Positions 1 to 9,664 of a stretch of 39,078 bases of DNA are shown here, piece after piece; the first letter of the stretch is position 1; every line of letters starts with the position of its first letter. The notes under the pieces are model-generated. The model was not told the DNA's origin and searched no databases. It saw only the letters and a program-made list of their open reading frames with translations. The position numbers were made by a program, and so were the translations under genes. The stretch lies in the sequence record SRR22947727_5188. One strand, written 5' to 3'.

Positions 1-30
1 AAAAAAACCAGCCCTAGGGCTGGTTTTTTT
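1..30. terminator. Bidirectional intrinsic terminator downstream of recA
   Basis: Perfect palindrome AAAAAAACCAGCCCT/AGGGCTGGTTTTTTT with A and T tracts, 21 nt past the recA stop. Confidence 0.85.
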
Positions 31-51
31 GCAAGAGCATTTTAGAGGTCT

Positions 52-1059
52 TTATTTTCCTAAGGCTTTAAGCGCTTCTTTAATTTTTCCTTCTAACTCA
101 TCCATTAAATCAGGATTGTCTAATAAAAGCGTTTTCACAGCATCCCTTCCTTGGCCCAATTTGGTCTCGCCATAGCTAAACCAAGAACCACTTTTTTTAA
201 TAATTTCAAAATCTACCCCAAGGTCTATCACTTCTCCTACTTTAGAGACTCCTTGACCGTACATAATGTCAAATTCAGCCGTTTTAAAAGGTGGGGCTAC
301 TTTGTTTTTAACCACTTTAACCCTTGTTTTATTTCCCTGTACATCTCCGTCCGTGTCTTTAATCTGTGTAGACCTTCTAATGTCTAAACGTACAGAGGCA
401 TAAAATTTAAGTGCATTACCTCCAGTAGTGGTTTCTGGATTTCCAAACATTACCCCAATTTTTTCCCTCAATTGGTTAATGAAGATTACCGTACAATTGG
501 TTTTACTAATAGAACCTGTCAATTTTCTAAGTGCTTGTGACATAAGCCTGGCGTGAAGCCCCATTTTAGAGTCTCCCATTTCTCCTTCTATTTCACTCTT
601 TGGCGTAAGGGCAGCTACCGAGTCAATAACCACAATGTCAATTGCCCCTGAGCGAATTAAATTGTCTGCAATTTCAAGCGCTTGCTCTCCATTGTCTGGT
701 TGAGATATAATAAGGTTGTCTATGTCTACGCCGAGTTTCTGAGCGTAAAAACGGTCAAAGGCGTGTTCTGCATCTATAAAGGCAGCAATACCACCTGCTT
801 TTTGCGCTTCTGCCATGGCATGAAGGGTCAATGTAGTTTTTCCAGAAGACTCAGGTCCGTAAATTTCAATCACCCTTCCCCTTGGATATCCTCCAACACC
901 TAAGGCCAAGTCCAATCCCAAAGAACCTGAAGAAATGACTTCTACGTCTTGGGCAACACTGTCTCCCATTTTCATTACGGCGCCTTTACCGTAGGTCTTG
1001 TCCAGTTTGTCTAGCGTGAGTTGTAAGGCTTTTAGTTTGGATGCTTGTTCGCTGCTCAT
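52..1059 (-). CDS. recA: Recombinase RecA
   Basis: GPESSGKTT Walker [31 protein letters not shown]. Confidence 0.99.
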   Translation of the reverse strand: MSSEQASKLKALQLTLDKLDKTYGKGAVMKMGDSVAQDVEVISSGSLGLDLALGVGGYPRGRVIEIYGPESSGKTTLTLHAMAEAQKAGGIAAFIDAEHAFDRFYAQKLGVDIDNLIISQPDNGEQALEIADNLIRSGAIDIVVIDSVAALTPKSEIEGEMGDSKMGLHARLMSQALRKLTGSISKTNCTVIFINQLREKIGVMFGNPETTTGGNALKFYASVRLDIRRSTQIKDTDGDVQGNKTRVKVVKNKVAPPFKTAEFDIMYGQGVSKVGEVIDLGVDFEIIKKSGSWFSYGETKLGQGRDAVKTLLLDNPDLMDELEGKIKEALKALGK

Positions 1060-1126
1060 AATCTTTTTATTAGGACTGCTAAAGTAAGCTAACTTTTTTC
1101 AAATAGCAATATATTTTAAATTTTTT

Positions 1127-1162
1127 TTGGAAATTTTCCAACTTTTTTTGGAGATCTTCCAA
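1127..1162. promoter_or_regulatory. Two tandem TTGGA-N5-TCCAA palindromes, candidate SOS operators
   Basis: TTGGAAATTTTCCAA (1127-1141) and TTGGAGATCTTCCAA (1148-1162), 21 bp apart, in the recA/trhO intergenic region. Confidence 0.65.
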
Positions 1163-1216
1163 TTATTCCCTCAAATGCAGCTACAGTCCTTTAAAAAGTG
1201 AGTGTAATAAAAGATG

Positions 1217-1224
1217 TATCTTTG
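1217..1224 (+). promoter_or_regulatory. Bacteroidota -7 promoter element for trhO
   Basis: TATCTTTG matches TAnnTTTG, 32 nt before the ATG. Confidence 0.7.
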
Positions 1225-1256
1225 AAGTATCTTAACCCTTAAAACATTGGTATAGC

Positions 1257-2288
1257 ATGCAACTGTACAATACTTTAAGCGCTGAGGAGAGAAAAGCTTT
1301 AATCGCTGAGGCTGGCCTGGAAAGGCTTACCGTCTCTTTTTATGCCTACCACCAGATTGGAAACCCTTCCCTATTTAGAGATTATTTATTCATTCACTGG
1401 AATGAACTGGCCGTACTGGGACGTATTTATGTAGCCCACGAGGGCATTAACGCCCAATTATCTGTTCCCGCACTTCATTTTGAAGCTTTTAAAAGCCATT
1501 TAGACAGCATTACTTTCTTGGAAAATGTCCGACTCAATATTGCCATTGAACAAGACAACTTTTCTTTTTTAAAACTGAAGGTTAAAGTGCGTCATAAGAT
1601 AGTAGCAGACGGATTGAATGACGCCTCTTTTGATGTGACCAATATAGGGGTTCATTTAGATGCGGAGAGATTCAATGATATTATAGAAGATCCTAATACG
1701 GTGCTTGTAGACATGCGCAACCATTATGAAAGTGAAATAGGCCACTTTAAAAATGCCATTACCCCAGATGTAGACACCTTTAGAGATTCTTTGGACCTTA
1801 TAGAAGAAGACCTCAGAGAACACAAAGAAGATAAAAATTTAGTGATGTATTGTACAGGGGGTATTCGCTGTGAAAAAGCCTCTGCTTATTATAAGCACAA
1901 AGGATTTAAAAATGTGTTTCAGTTAGAAGGCGGCATTATTGAATATACCAGACAGGTAGAAAACAAAGGCTTGGAAAATAAATTCATTGGTAAAAATTTT
2001 GTTTTTGACCACAGAAGGGCAGAACGCATTTCACCAGATGTGATTGCTCATTGTCACCAGTGTGGAAATACTTGCGACACCCATGTGAATTGTGCCAATG
2101 AGGCTTGTCATTTGCTCTTTATTCAATGCCCTACCTGTGCCAATGCTATGGACGATTGTTGTTCAGACGCTTGCAAAGAAGTGCATAATTTGTCTTTTGA
2201 GGAACAGAAAGCGCTTAGAAAAGGAAAAACGGTGAGTAATAAAATATTTAAGAAAGGCCGTTCAGAAGTTTTGAAGTACAAGAAATAA
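1257..2288 (+). CDS. trhO: Oxygen-dependent tRNA uridine(34) hydroxylase TrhO (UPF0176/YceA rhodanese family)
   Basis: GRIYVAHEGIN, DMRNHYESEIGHF, MYCTGGIRCEKAS, Cys-rich C-terminus. Confidence 0.92.
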   Translation: MQLYNTLSAEERKALIAEAGLERLTVSFYAYHQIGNPSLFRDYLFIHWNELAVLGRIYVAHEGINAQLSVPALHFEAFKSHLDSITFLENVRLNIAIEQDNFSFLKLKVKVRHKIVADGLNDASFDVTNIGVHLDAERFNDIIEDPNTVLVDMRNHYESEIGHFKNAITPDVDTFRDSLDLIEEDLREHKEDKNLVMYCTGGIRCEKASAYYKHKGFKNVFQLEGGIIEYTRQVENKGLENKFIGKNFVFDHRRAERISPDVIAHCHQCGNTCDTHVNCANEACHLLFIQCPTCANAMDDCCSDACKEVHNLSFEEQKALRKGKTVSNKIFKKGRSEVLKYKK

Positions 2289-2331
2289 GGCATTTGTGAC
2301 TCAAAATAGGGCCTAAAAGCCCCCTTAGTCT

Positions 2332-2362
2332 AAAGCCCCACATTTATATGTGGGGCTTTTTT
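2332..2362 (+). terminator. Intrinsic terminator of trhO
   Basis: Stem AAAGCCCCACAT/ATGTGGGGCTTT, TTAT loop, T tract. Confidence 0.85.
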
Positions 2363-2514
2363 AGGGAGCAGAATTTGTAGTATCTTTACATCAGCGCTGT
2401 TATTTGGGTGCCCATCATTAAGGCATCGGCCGGAGGCCAAAAACAAATTAGGGCGTGCATTCATTACTAATCTAGTGTCTGGGATTTTTTCCAGGCTTTG
2501 AGAATATAAAACAT

Positions 2515-3870
2515 ATGGGCTGTAGTAGTTGTGCCACAGGCGCAGACGGACAACCCCGAGGCTGTAAGAGCAATGGCACTTGCGGTACGGATAGTTGTAA
2601 TAAATTAACGGTTTTTGATTGGCTTTCCAATATGAGTCTTCCTGCGGGTGAGGCGCCATTTGATTGTGTGGAAGTGCGGTTTAAAAACTCTAGAAAAGAA
2701 TATTTCAGAAATGCAGAAGGCTTTCCCCTTCAGATTGGTGATTTAGTGGCCAGTCAGGCGGCTTCTGGACACGACCTTGGGATGGTGACCCTGACAGGCT
2801 CACTCGTAAAGGTGCAGATGAAGAAGAAAAAGGTGTCTTTTACCGGTGACGACCTTCCTAAGATTTACAGAAAAGCCACCGAAAAAGACATTGCCATTTG
2901 GCAGCGCTGTAGGGACCGTGAAGAGGAGATTAAGAAGCGCTCTAGAGAGATTGCTATTTCGTTGAATTTACAGATGAAACTATCCGATGTAGAATTTCAG
3001 GGAGATGGTTCTAAGGCTACTTTTTACTACACGGCAGAAGATAGGGTAGACTTTAGACAGCTCATAAAAGACATGGCCAAGGCCTTTGGTATTCGCATTG
3101 AAATGCGTCAAATTGGTTACAGACAAGAAGCCCAGCGATTGGGCGGTATTGGTTCTTGTGGTCGAGAATTGTGTTGTTCTACCTGGCTTACAGATTTTAG
3201 GTCTGTGGGTACGGCTGCAGCAAGGTATCAGCAGTTGTCTTTAAACCCTCAAAAATTAGCGGGACAGTGTGGTAAATTGAAGTGCTGTCTCAATTTTGAA
3301 CTAGACGTCTATGTAGACGCCCTCAAAGACTTTCCATCTGCAGACACCAAGCTGTTTACAGAGAAAGGACTGGCTTTTTGTCAAAAAGTAGACATTTTTA
3401 AAGAAAAACTCTGGTTTACTTATCGCGATGAGCCCAACAATTGGCACACCCTTTCTAAGGATCAAGTAAACGAGATACTGGCCAAAAACAAGGCCAAAGA
3501 ACCGGTGCCTAGTTTGGAGGCTTATGCCATTGAAGAGGAACAGGTTGCTGCTGAGGTGGTTTTTGAAAATGTGGTGGGCCAAGACAGCCTCACCCGTTTT
3601 GACGTACCTAAAGGCAGACGCAATAAAAACAATAAGAATAGAAACAAGAATAAAGGACCTAGGGATAAAGCAGCAGTTCACGGGGGCGACAACAACAAGC
3701 CCAGACAAGCCAATAAACCCAGGTTGGTAGGGAAATCTTCACGAGACAATGCCCCAAAAAGCGACGCAAATGGGGCGCCACCCAATAAAAAAAGACCGCA
3801 GAGAAACAATAAAACCAAAGGCAATAACAAACCTAATAATGAGAACCAGCAAGACACTTCTAAGCAGTAG
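2515..3870 (+). CDS. ricT: PSP1-domain Fe-S protein RicT/YaaT-like, with a low-complexity N/K/R-rich tail
   Basis: FYYTAEDRVDFRQLIK, GGIGSCGRELCCS, KLAGQCGKLKCCLNFE. Confidence 0.9.
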   Translation: MGCSSCATGADGQPRGCKSNGTCGTDSCNKLTVFDWLSNMSLPAGEAPFDCVEVRFKNSRKEYFRNAEGFPLQIGDLVASQAASGHDLGMVTLTGSLVKVQMKKKKVSFTGDDLPKIYRKATEKDIAIWQRCRDREEEIKKRSREIAISLNLQMKLSDVEFQGDGSKATFYYTAEDRVDFRQLIKDMAKAFGIRIEMRQIGYRQEAQRLGGIGSCGRELCCSTWLTDFRSVGTAAARYQQLSLNPQKLAGQCGKLKCCLNFELDVYVDALKDFPSADTKLFTEKGLAFCQKVDIFKEKLWFTYRDEPNNWHTLSKDQVNEILAKNKAKEPVPSLEAYAIEEEQVAAEVVFENVVGQDSLTRFDVPKGRRNKNNKNRNKNKGPRDKAAVHGGDNNKPRQANKPRLVGKSSRDNAPKSDANGAPPNKKRPQRNNKTKGNNKPNNENQQDTSKQ

Positions 3871-4351
3871 TTTTTTGTGTGGGGTGGCCCTATGGTTGCT
3901 CCAATCTTGTAGTGGTGCCGGCACCCAATCTGATTTTCAGGAACTCCCTGAGGCGGGTTGGCCACTGAAGGCGCCTGTTCGTTTTAGCCTAAGTGTTAAA
4001 GACAGCTCGTCTGACCAATCCCTTTGGATTGCACTGAGGCACGACCAAGACTATCCATTTAGCAATATTTTTTTAATTACCACCCTGGGTCATCCAAACG
4101 GTTCGGTTATTACAGACACCCTTTCCTATGATTTGGCTGCTGCAGACGGGCAGTGGTTGGGTAGTGGAAACGGTATTATCACCCACCAATTGCCCTTTAA
4201 AAAAGGGGTGCGCTTTGACAGTGCTAAGCCCTATGAGCTTTCCATTTATCAGGCCGTTAGAAGCCTTGGTTCAGCAGAAGGCATGGCCATTTTGCCTGGA
4301 GTGCTGTCTGTAGGCTATGTGGTAGAAAAAGAAACCTCAAAATCTAATTAA
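3839..4351 (+). CDS. gldH: Gliding motility lipoprotein GldH
   Basis: Start taken at ATG 3839 (MRTSKTLL...LLQSC lipobox); YPFSNIFLI, DTLSY, GQWLGSG; ricT-gldH-PBP1A order. Confidence 0.88.
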   Translation: MRTSKTLLSSSFLCGVALWLLQSCSGAGTQSDFQELPEAGWPLKAPVRFSLSVKDSSSDQSLWIALRHDQDYPFSNIFLITTLGHPNGSVITDTLSYDLAAADGQWLGSGNGIITHQLPFKKGVRFDSAKPYELSIYQAVRSLGSAEGMAILPGVLSVGYVVEKETSKSN

Positions 4352-4356
4352 TCCCT

Positions 4357-6723
4357 GTGGCTAAAGCAAACACTCCTTCAAAAAACGCTAAAAAGCAAAC
4401 CATGCCCAAAGGCTTTAAAACCTATGCAAGGATTTTTTGGGCCCTATTTTTATTAGGTGTTACCGGCTTTTTTAGTCTTTTTTACCTCGCTTCTATAGGC
4501 GTCTTTGGAGACATGCCTACCTTTGATAGGTTGGAAAATCCCCAGACCAATCAGGCCACTCAAATCATCAGTTCAGACAATAAAGTATTGGGTACTTTTT
4601 ATTTAGAGGAGAACAGAAACCCAGTGGCTTTTGAGGAGCTTCCTGAAAACCTGGTGCAAGCCTTATTGGCTACCGAAGATGTTCGTTTTTACGACCATTC
4701 AGGCATTGACGCTATTGGTACACTAAGGGCGGTGGCTTATTTAGGCACTAGGGGAGGCGCGAGCACCATTACCCAACAACTCTCTAAACTGCTCTTTACC
4801 AAAAGAGCCTCTTCCAATACATTTGCCAGACTGCTCCAGAAAGTCAAAGAATGGGTCATTGCCACGCGATTGGAGCGCCAGTACACCAAGAACGAGATCA
4901 TGGCCATGTACCTCAATATTTACGATTTTGGAAACAATGCAGACGGGATTCGCTCTGCAGCCAATATTTATTTTGGCAAGGAACCTATTGAACTGGATCC
5001 TAAAGAGTCTGCTATGCTAGTGGGCATGCTTAAAAATTCCAGCCTCTACAATCCCATACCATCTAGAAATCCTGAGGGCACCAGAAACAGGAGAAATGCA
5101 GTCTTGGCCCAAATGGAGAAGTACGATTTTATAGATCCTGCTACCAAAGACTCTTTGCAAGCAAGGCCTTTGGACTTGAATTTTAGTCCTCAGACGCATA
5201 GAGACGGAAAAGCCACCTACTTTAGGATGTACCTTCAGGGCTTTTTAAAGCGCTGGATTGCAGAAAACCCCAAAGAAGACGGCAGCAAATACAATTTGTA
5301 TTTAGACGGCCTAAAGGTCTACACCACTATAGATTCTCGCATGCAGGCCAATGCAGAAAACGCAGTAAAGGGACATATGAAAAACCTTCAGACGGCCTTT
5401 TTTAAACAGAATACCAAAAAGAAAAATCCAACCACTCCTTTTAGAGATATTGAAACGGAACAGGAAGAGGCCATTATAGACCGCGCTATTAGAACTTCTG
5501 AACGCCGCAGACAAATGCGAGAGAAAGGCTTTACAGAGGCCCAGATTGCCGCCAGTTTTAAGGTGAAAAGATCCATGCAGGTGTTTGATTGGAATAGTCC
5601 CAACCAACAGAAGGACACCCTAATGACCCCGCTGGATTCTATCCGATATTACAAATCTTTTTTACGTGCCGCCATGATGTCTATGGAGCCGCAAACAGGC
5701 CATGTACGCGCTTGGGTAGGGGGGGTAAATTACCGCCACTTCCAGTACGACCATGTCATTCAAGGAACCAGGCAGGCAGGCTCTATCTTTAAACCTTTTG
5801 TTTATGCCACCGCTATAGACCAGCTCAGGCTGTCTCCTTGCGAAACCCTTCCAGACACCCAGTTCTGTATTGCCGCAGGCAAGCATGGAAATATGGAGCG
5901 CTGGTGTCCTAAAAACTCTGGAGGCACCTATACCGGGGAAATGCTCACTTACAAACGCGCACTGGCCAGGTCTGTAAACTCCGTGACCGCACAGGTCATA
6001 GACAAGGTAGGTCCCAATCCAGTGGTGCAATTGGTCAAAAACTTGGGGATTAAAAGCGACTTACTTCCCGTACCTTCTATAGCGCTGGGTACCGCAGACG
6101 TGAATGTCTATGAAATGGTGGGTGCCTACGGGACTTTTGCCAATAAAGGGGTGTATGTAAAACCTGTAATGGTTACAGCTATTACAGACAAGGCAGGCAC
6201 TTTGTTGTACGAATACGTTCCTGAAACCAAAGACGTCATGTCTCAAGATGTGGCCTATACGGTCACCAATTTATTAGAGGGGGTGACCAAAGACGGCTCT
6301 GGAATTAGACTCCGCACAGAAGGGGCAGAGGAATACCGCCCTGAATACAAAGAAATAGTGACCGGTTATCCTTGGGCTTTTAAAAACCCTATTGCTGGAA
6401 AAACAGGGACCACACAAAACCAGTCAGACGGTTGGTTTATGGGTATGGTGCCCAACCTGGTTTCTGTGGTTTGGGTAGGGGGAGAAGAACGCGCCACCCA
6501 TTTTGAAACCATAGCCTATGGACAAGGCGCCTCCATGGCCCTACCCATTTGGGCCAATTATATGCGCGACAACTATGCCATTCCTGAATTGGGCATTTCA
6601 ATGGAGGCTTTTGAACGACCAGAAAATCTAAGTATTGTGGTAGATTGCGAGCCTGTAGTCACAGAAGAAGGGGATCCTGGCATTGATTTGGCAGAAGACG
6701 ACCTAGAAGGACTGGATTTTTAA
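4357..6723 (+). CDS. mrcA: Class A penicillin-binding protein 1A (transglycosylase/transpeptidase)
   Basis: N-terminal TM helix; ATEDVRFYDH, GASTITQQL; SIFK, SVN, KTG motifs. Confidence 0.93.
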   Translation: MAKANTPSKNAKKQTMPKGFKTYARIFWALFLLGVTGFFSLFYLASIGVFGDMPTFDRLENPQTNQATQIISSDNKVLGTFYLEENRNPVAFEELPENLVQALLATEDVRFYDHSGIDAIGTLRAVAYLGTRGGASTITQQLSKLLFTKRASSNTFARLLQKVKEWVIATRLERQYTKNEIMAMYLNIYDFGNNADGIRSAANIYFGKEPIELDPKESAMLVGMLKNSSLYNPIPSRNPEGTRNRRNAVLAQMEKYDFIDPATKDSLQARPLDLNFSPQTHRDGKATYFRMYLQGFLKRWIAENPKEDGSKYNLYLDGLKVYTTIDSRMQANAENAVKGHMKNLQTAFFKQNTKKKNPTTPFRDIETEQEEAIIDRAIRTSERRRQMREKGFTEAQIAASFKVKRSMQVFDWNSPNQQKDTLMTPLDSIRYYKSFLRAAMMSMEPQTGHVRAWVGGVNYRHFQYDHVIQGTRQAGSIFKPFVYATAIDQLRLSPCETLPDTQFCIAAGKHGNMERWCPKNSGGTYTGEMLTYKRALARSVNSVTAQVIDKVGPNPVVQLVKNLGIKSDLLPVPSIALGTADVNVYEMVGAYGTFANKGVYVKPVMVTAITDKAGTLLYEYVPETKDVMSQDVAYTVTNLLEGVTKDGSGIRLRTEGAEEYRPEYKEIVTGYPWAFKNPIAGKTGTTQNQSDGWFMGMVPNLVSVVWVGGEERATHFETIAYGQGASMALPIWANYMRDNYAIPELGISMEAFERPENLSIVVDCEPVVTEEGDPGIDLAEDDLEGLDF

Positions 6724-6785
6724 ATAGCCCTTTCAGGCCTTCTCAGGCCGATGCTTTTTTCGTACCTTAACATAAACCATTTTTT

Positions 6786-7487
6786 ATGATTAATAAAGTA
6801 GTTCCTTCTGTACAAGCCGCTATAGAAGGGGTGCAAGACGGCCAAACATTTATGTTGGGTGGTTTTGGGCTCTGTGGGATTCCAGAAAACACCATTACTG
6901 CCTTAGTGGCCAGTGGCGTAAAAAACCTGACTTGTATTTCGAACAATGCTGGGGTAGCAGATTTTGGCATTGGCCTCATGCTTTTAAAGCATCAGGTAAA
7001 AACCATGGTTGCTTCTTATGTAGGGGAAAATGACGTCTTTGAGCAGCAAATGCTCTCTGGGGTTTTAGAAGTTATCCTGACACCTCAGGGCACATTGGCA
7101 GAAAAATGTCGGGCGGCCCAAGCGGGTATCCCCGCTTTTTATACGCCTGCAGGTTACGGTACAGAAGTAGCAGAGGGCAAGGAAACTAGGGAATTCAACG
7201 GCAAAATGCATCTCTTAGAAACGGCGTATAAAGCAGACTTTGCTTTTGTAAAGGCTTGGAAAGGAGATACCGCTGGAAATTTAATTTTCAAAGGGACTGC
7301 GAGAAACTTTAACGCCTGCATGGCTGGGGCCGCCACCATTACCGTGGCTGAGGTAGAAGAATTGGTCCCAGCAGGGCACTTAGACCCCAACCAAATTCAT
7401 ATTCCCGGCATTATGGTACAGCGCATTTTTCAGGGCACGAATTACGAAAAGAGAATAGAACAACGCACCACCATAACGAAGGTTTAA
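6786..7487 (+). CDS. scoA: 3-oxoacid CoA-transferase subunit A
   Basis: [27 protein letters not shown]. Confidence 0.92.
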   Translation: MINKVVPSVQAAIEGVQDGQTFMLGGFGLCGIPENTITALVASGVKNLTCISNNAGVADFGIGLMLLKHQVKTMVASYVGENDVFEQQMLSGVLEVILTPQGTLAEKCRAAQAGIPAFYTPAGYGTEVAEGKETREFNGKMHLLETAYKADFAFVKAWKGDTAGNLIFKGTARNFNACMAGAATITVAEVEELVPAGHLDPNQIHIPGIMVQRIFQGTNYEKRIEQRTTITKV

Positions 7488-7497
7488 ACAGCTCATT

Positions 7498-8154
7498 ATG
7501 CTAGACAAAAACGGTATTGCAAAACGCATTGCACAGGAAGTTCAAGACGGCTATTACGTAAATTTAGGGATAGGAATTCCCACTTTGGTGGCCAATTTTG
7601 TGCGGGAAGACATCTCGGTAGAATTTCAATCTGAAAACGGTGTATTGGGTATGGGTCCTTTCCCTTTCGAAGGCGCAGAAGACGCAGACCTGATCAATGC
7701 AGGAAAACAGACCATTACCACCCTTCCAGGGGCCGCTTTCTTTGATTCTGCCATGAGTTTTGGTATGATCCGCGCCAAACAGGTACACCTTACTATTTTA
7801 GGGGCTATGGAAGTGGCCCAAAACGGCGACATTGCCAACTGGAAAATCCCAGGGGTCATGGTTAAAGGTATGGGTGGCGCTATGGATCTTGTGGCTTCTG
7901 CAGACAATATTATTGTGGCCATGATGCACACCAACAAAAAAGGAGACTCCAAACTCCTCAAACGCTGCTCTCTACCGCTTACAGGCGTAGGCTGTGTAAA
8001 AAAAATAGTCACCAACCTAGCCGTGATAGAAGTGACCCCAGAAGGCTTTAAACTCCTCGAACGCGCTCCAGGGGTTTCTGTTGCAGACATTCAGGCCGCC
8101 ACCGAAGGACAGCTCATTATTCCAGCAGTGGTTCCTGAGATTGTGGTGTGGTAG
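7498..8154 (+). CDS. scoB: 3-oxoacid CoA-transferase subunit B
   Basis: NLGIGIP, QSENG (catalytic Glu), GMGGAMDL. Confidence 0.92.
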   Translation: MLDKNGIAKRIAQEVQDGYYVNLGIGIPTLVANFVREDISVEFQSENGVLGMGPFPFEGAEDADLINAGKQTITTLPGAAFFDSAMSFGMIRAKQVHLTILGAMEVAQNGDIANWKIPGVMVKGMGGAMDLVASADNIIVAMMHTNKKGDSKLLKRCSLPLTGVGCVKKIVTNLAVIEVTPEGFKLLERAPGVSVADIQAATEGQLIIPAVVPEIVVW

Positions 8155-8168
8155 GTAACACTAGTTAC
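8155..8168. promoter_or_regulatory. GTAAC-N4-GTTAC palindrome upstream of a TATCTTTA -7 element (8191-8198)
   Basis: GTAACACTAGTTAC, centred about 41 bp upstream of the inferred transcription start. Confidence 0.5.
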
Positions 8169-8220
8169 AAATGAACCCATTTGCGACCCGTATCTTTAGG
8201 TAAATTAAAACCCCGAGATT

Positions 8221-8823
8221 ATGAGAAATGTAGCCTTAATTTTCGCCTTAATACTGAGTGTGAGTTGTTCTAAAGACGACACTATAGAAACCGTTACAAC
8301 CGCTGAATTAACCCCTCAAGAAATAGCAGATTTAAGTGTGCTTCGTGAAGAAGAAAAGCTTGCGAGAGACGTTTATTTATATGCATATGACACCTACGGA
8401 CTAGCCATTTTTAATAATATTTCCAAGAGTGAGCAGACCCATATGGATAAAGTCCTTAGCTTGTTAGATGCCTATGGATTGGAAGATTCTGCCCATCCAG
8501 ATCGAGGTGTTTTCAATAAGGTTGAATTATCTGAGCTTTATGAATCCCTTACCACCAAAGCAGCCCTTTCGTTGGAAGACGCGCTACAAGTGGGGGCAAC
8601 CATTGAAGATTTAGACATATCTGATATCAATGAGTTTTTAAGCCGAACGCAAGAACCTTCGATTGTCGTTGTATATGAAAGTTTGAAATGCGGTTCTAAA
8701 AACCACATCAGATCCTTTAACGGACAAATAGAAAGCCATGGTGATACGTATGCACCTCAATTTATTAGCCAGGATGAATTTGAAACAATTCTCAGTCAGC
8801 CTAGTGGAGGTTGTGGTAATTAA
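8221..8823 (+). CDS. DUF2202-like ferritin-fold lipoprotein
   Basis: Lipobox SVSC; LREEEKLARDVY, SEQTH, IEDLDI, GSKNH carboxylate/His motifs. Confidence 0.8.
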   Translation: MRNVALIFALILSVSCSKDDTIETVTTAELTPQEIADLSVLREEEKLARDVYLYAYDTYGLAIFNNISKSEQTHMDKVLSLLDAYGLEDSAHPDRGVFNKVELSELYESLTTKAALSLEDALQVGATIEDLDISDINEFLSRTQEPSIVVVYESLKCGSKNHIRSFNGQIESHGDTYAPQFISQDEFETILSQPSGGCGN

Positions 8824-8834
8824 CACGGACCATA

Positions 8835-8868
8835 AAAAAACCCCTTAGCTCTCGCTAAGGGGTTTTTT
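8835..8868. terminator. Bidirectional terminator between convergent DUF2202-like gene and sdhB
   Basis: AAAAAACCCCTTAGC-TCTC-GCTAAGGGGTTTTTT. Confidence 0.9.
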
Positions 8869-8908
8869 AGTGCACTGGGCGGAGCCCAAAATATATTTAT
8901 AAGGATTT

Positions 8909-9655
8909 TTATCCCTTGATGTTTGCGCTTAAGAATTCACGGTTTAAACGGGCGATGTTTTCTAGTGAAATCCCTTTAGGACACTCTATCTCACAGGCGC
9001 CTGTATTGGTGCAGTTACCAAAACCTTCTAGATCCATTTGACGCACCATGTTTTCTACACGCTCTGTAGCCTCTACCTGTCCTTGAGGAAGGAGTGCGTA
9101 TTGAGACACTTTTGCTGAGGTAAATAACATGGCAGAAGCGTTCTTACAAGCCGCTACACAAGCCCCACAACCAATACAAGCCGCTGCAGCAAATGCGCTG
9201 TCTGCATCTTGTTTGTTAATAGGAATGGCATTGGCGTCTAAGGTATTTCCTGAAGTATTTACAGACACATAACCTCCTGACTGCTGAATGCGGTCAAAAG
9301 CAGAGCGGTCTACAATGAGGTCTTTGATTACAGGGAATGCTTTGGCCCTGAAAGGCTCAATGGCAATGGTGTCGCCATCTTTAAAGCTACGCATGTGTAA
9401 TTGACAGGTGGTGACCATACGGTCTGGACCGTGCGGTTCTCCATTGATTTGTAAAGAACAAGATCCGCAGATCCCTTCCCTACAATCGTGGTCAAATTCC
9501 ACAGGAGTTTCTCCTTTGTTAATCAAACCTTCATTTAAGACATCTAGCATCTCTAAGAAAGACATGTCTCCCTCAATCCCGTCAATAGGGTAGGTTTGCA
9601 TTTTTCCTTTGCTGTTGGCGCTGTCTTGTCGCCAAATTTTTAAAGTGAGCTTCAT
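8909..9655 (-). CDS. sdhB: Succinate dehydrogenase/fumarate reductase Fe-S subunit
   Basis: [32 protein letters not shown]. Confidence 0.96.
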   Translation of the reverse strand: MKLTLKIWRQDSANSKGKMQTYPIDGIEGDMSFLEMLDVLNEGLINKGETPVEFDHDCREGICGSCSLQINGEPHGPDRMVTTCQLHMRSFKDGDTIAIEPFRAKAFPVIKDLIVDRSAFDRIQQSGGYVSVNTSGNTLDANAIPINKQDADSAFAAAACIGCGACVAACKNASAMLFTSAKVSQYALLPQGQVEATERVENMVRQMDLEGFGNCTNTGACEIECPKGISLENIARLNREFLSANIKG

Positions 9656-9664
9656 AGGTCTTTT

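Noticed and set aside
151-903. Short antisense or alternate-frame ORFs inside recA (and similar ones across the core genes)
   Set aside because: Shadows of well-conserved genes; no recognisable motifs or independent signals
2330-2659. 109-aa minus-strand ORF across the ricT start
   Set aside because: Runs through a terminator, promoter and ricT coding sequence; no family features
3749-3838. Longer gldH N-terminus from the ORF track
   Set aside because: Lipoprotein signal fits ATG 3839; the extension lies within the ricT tail
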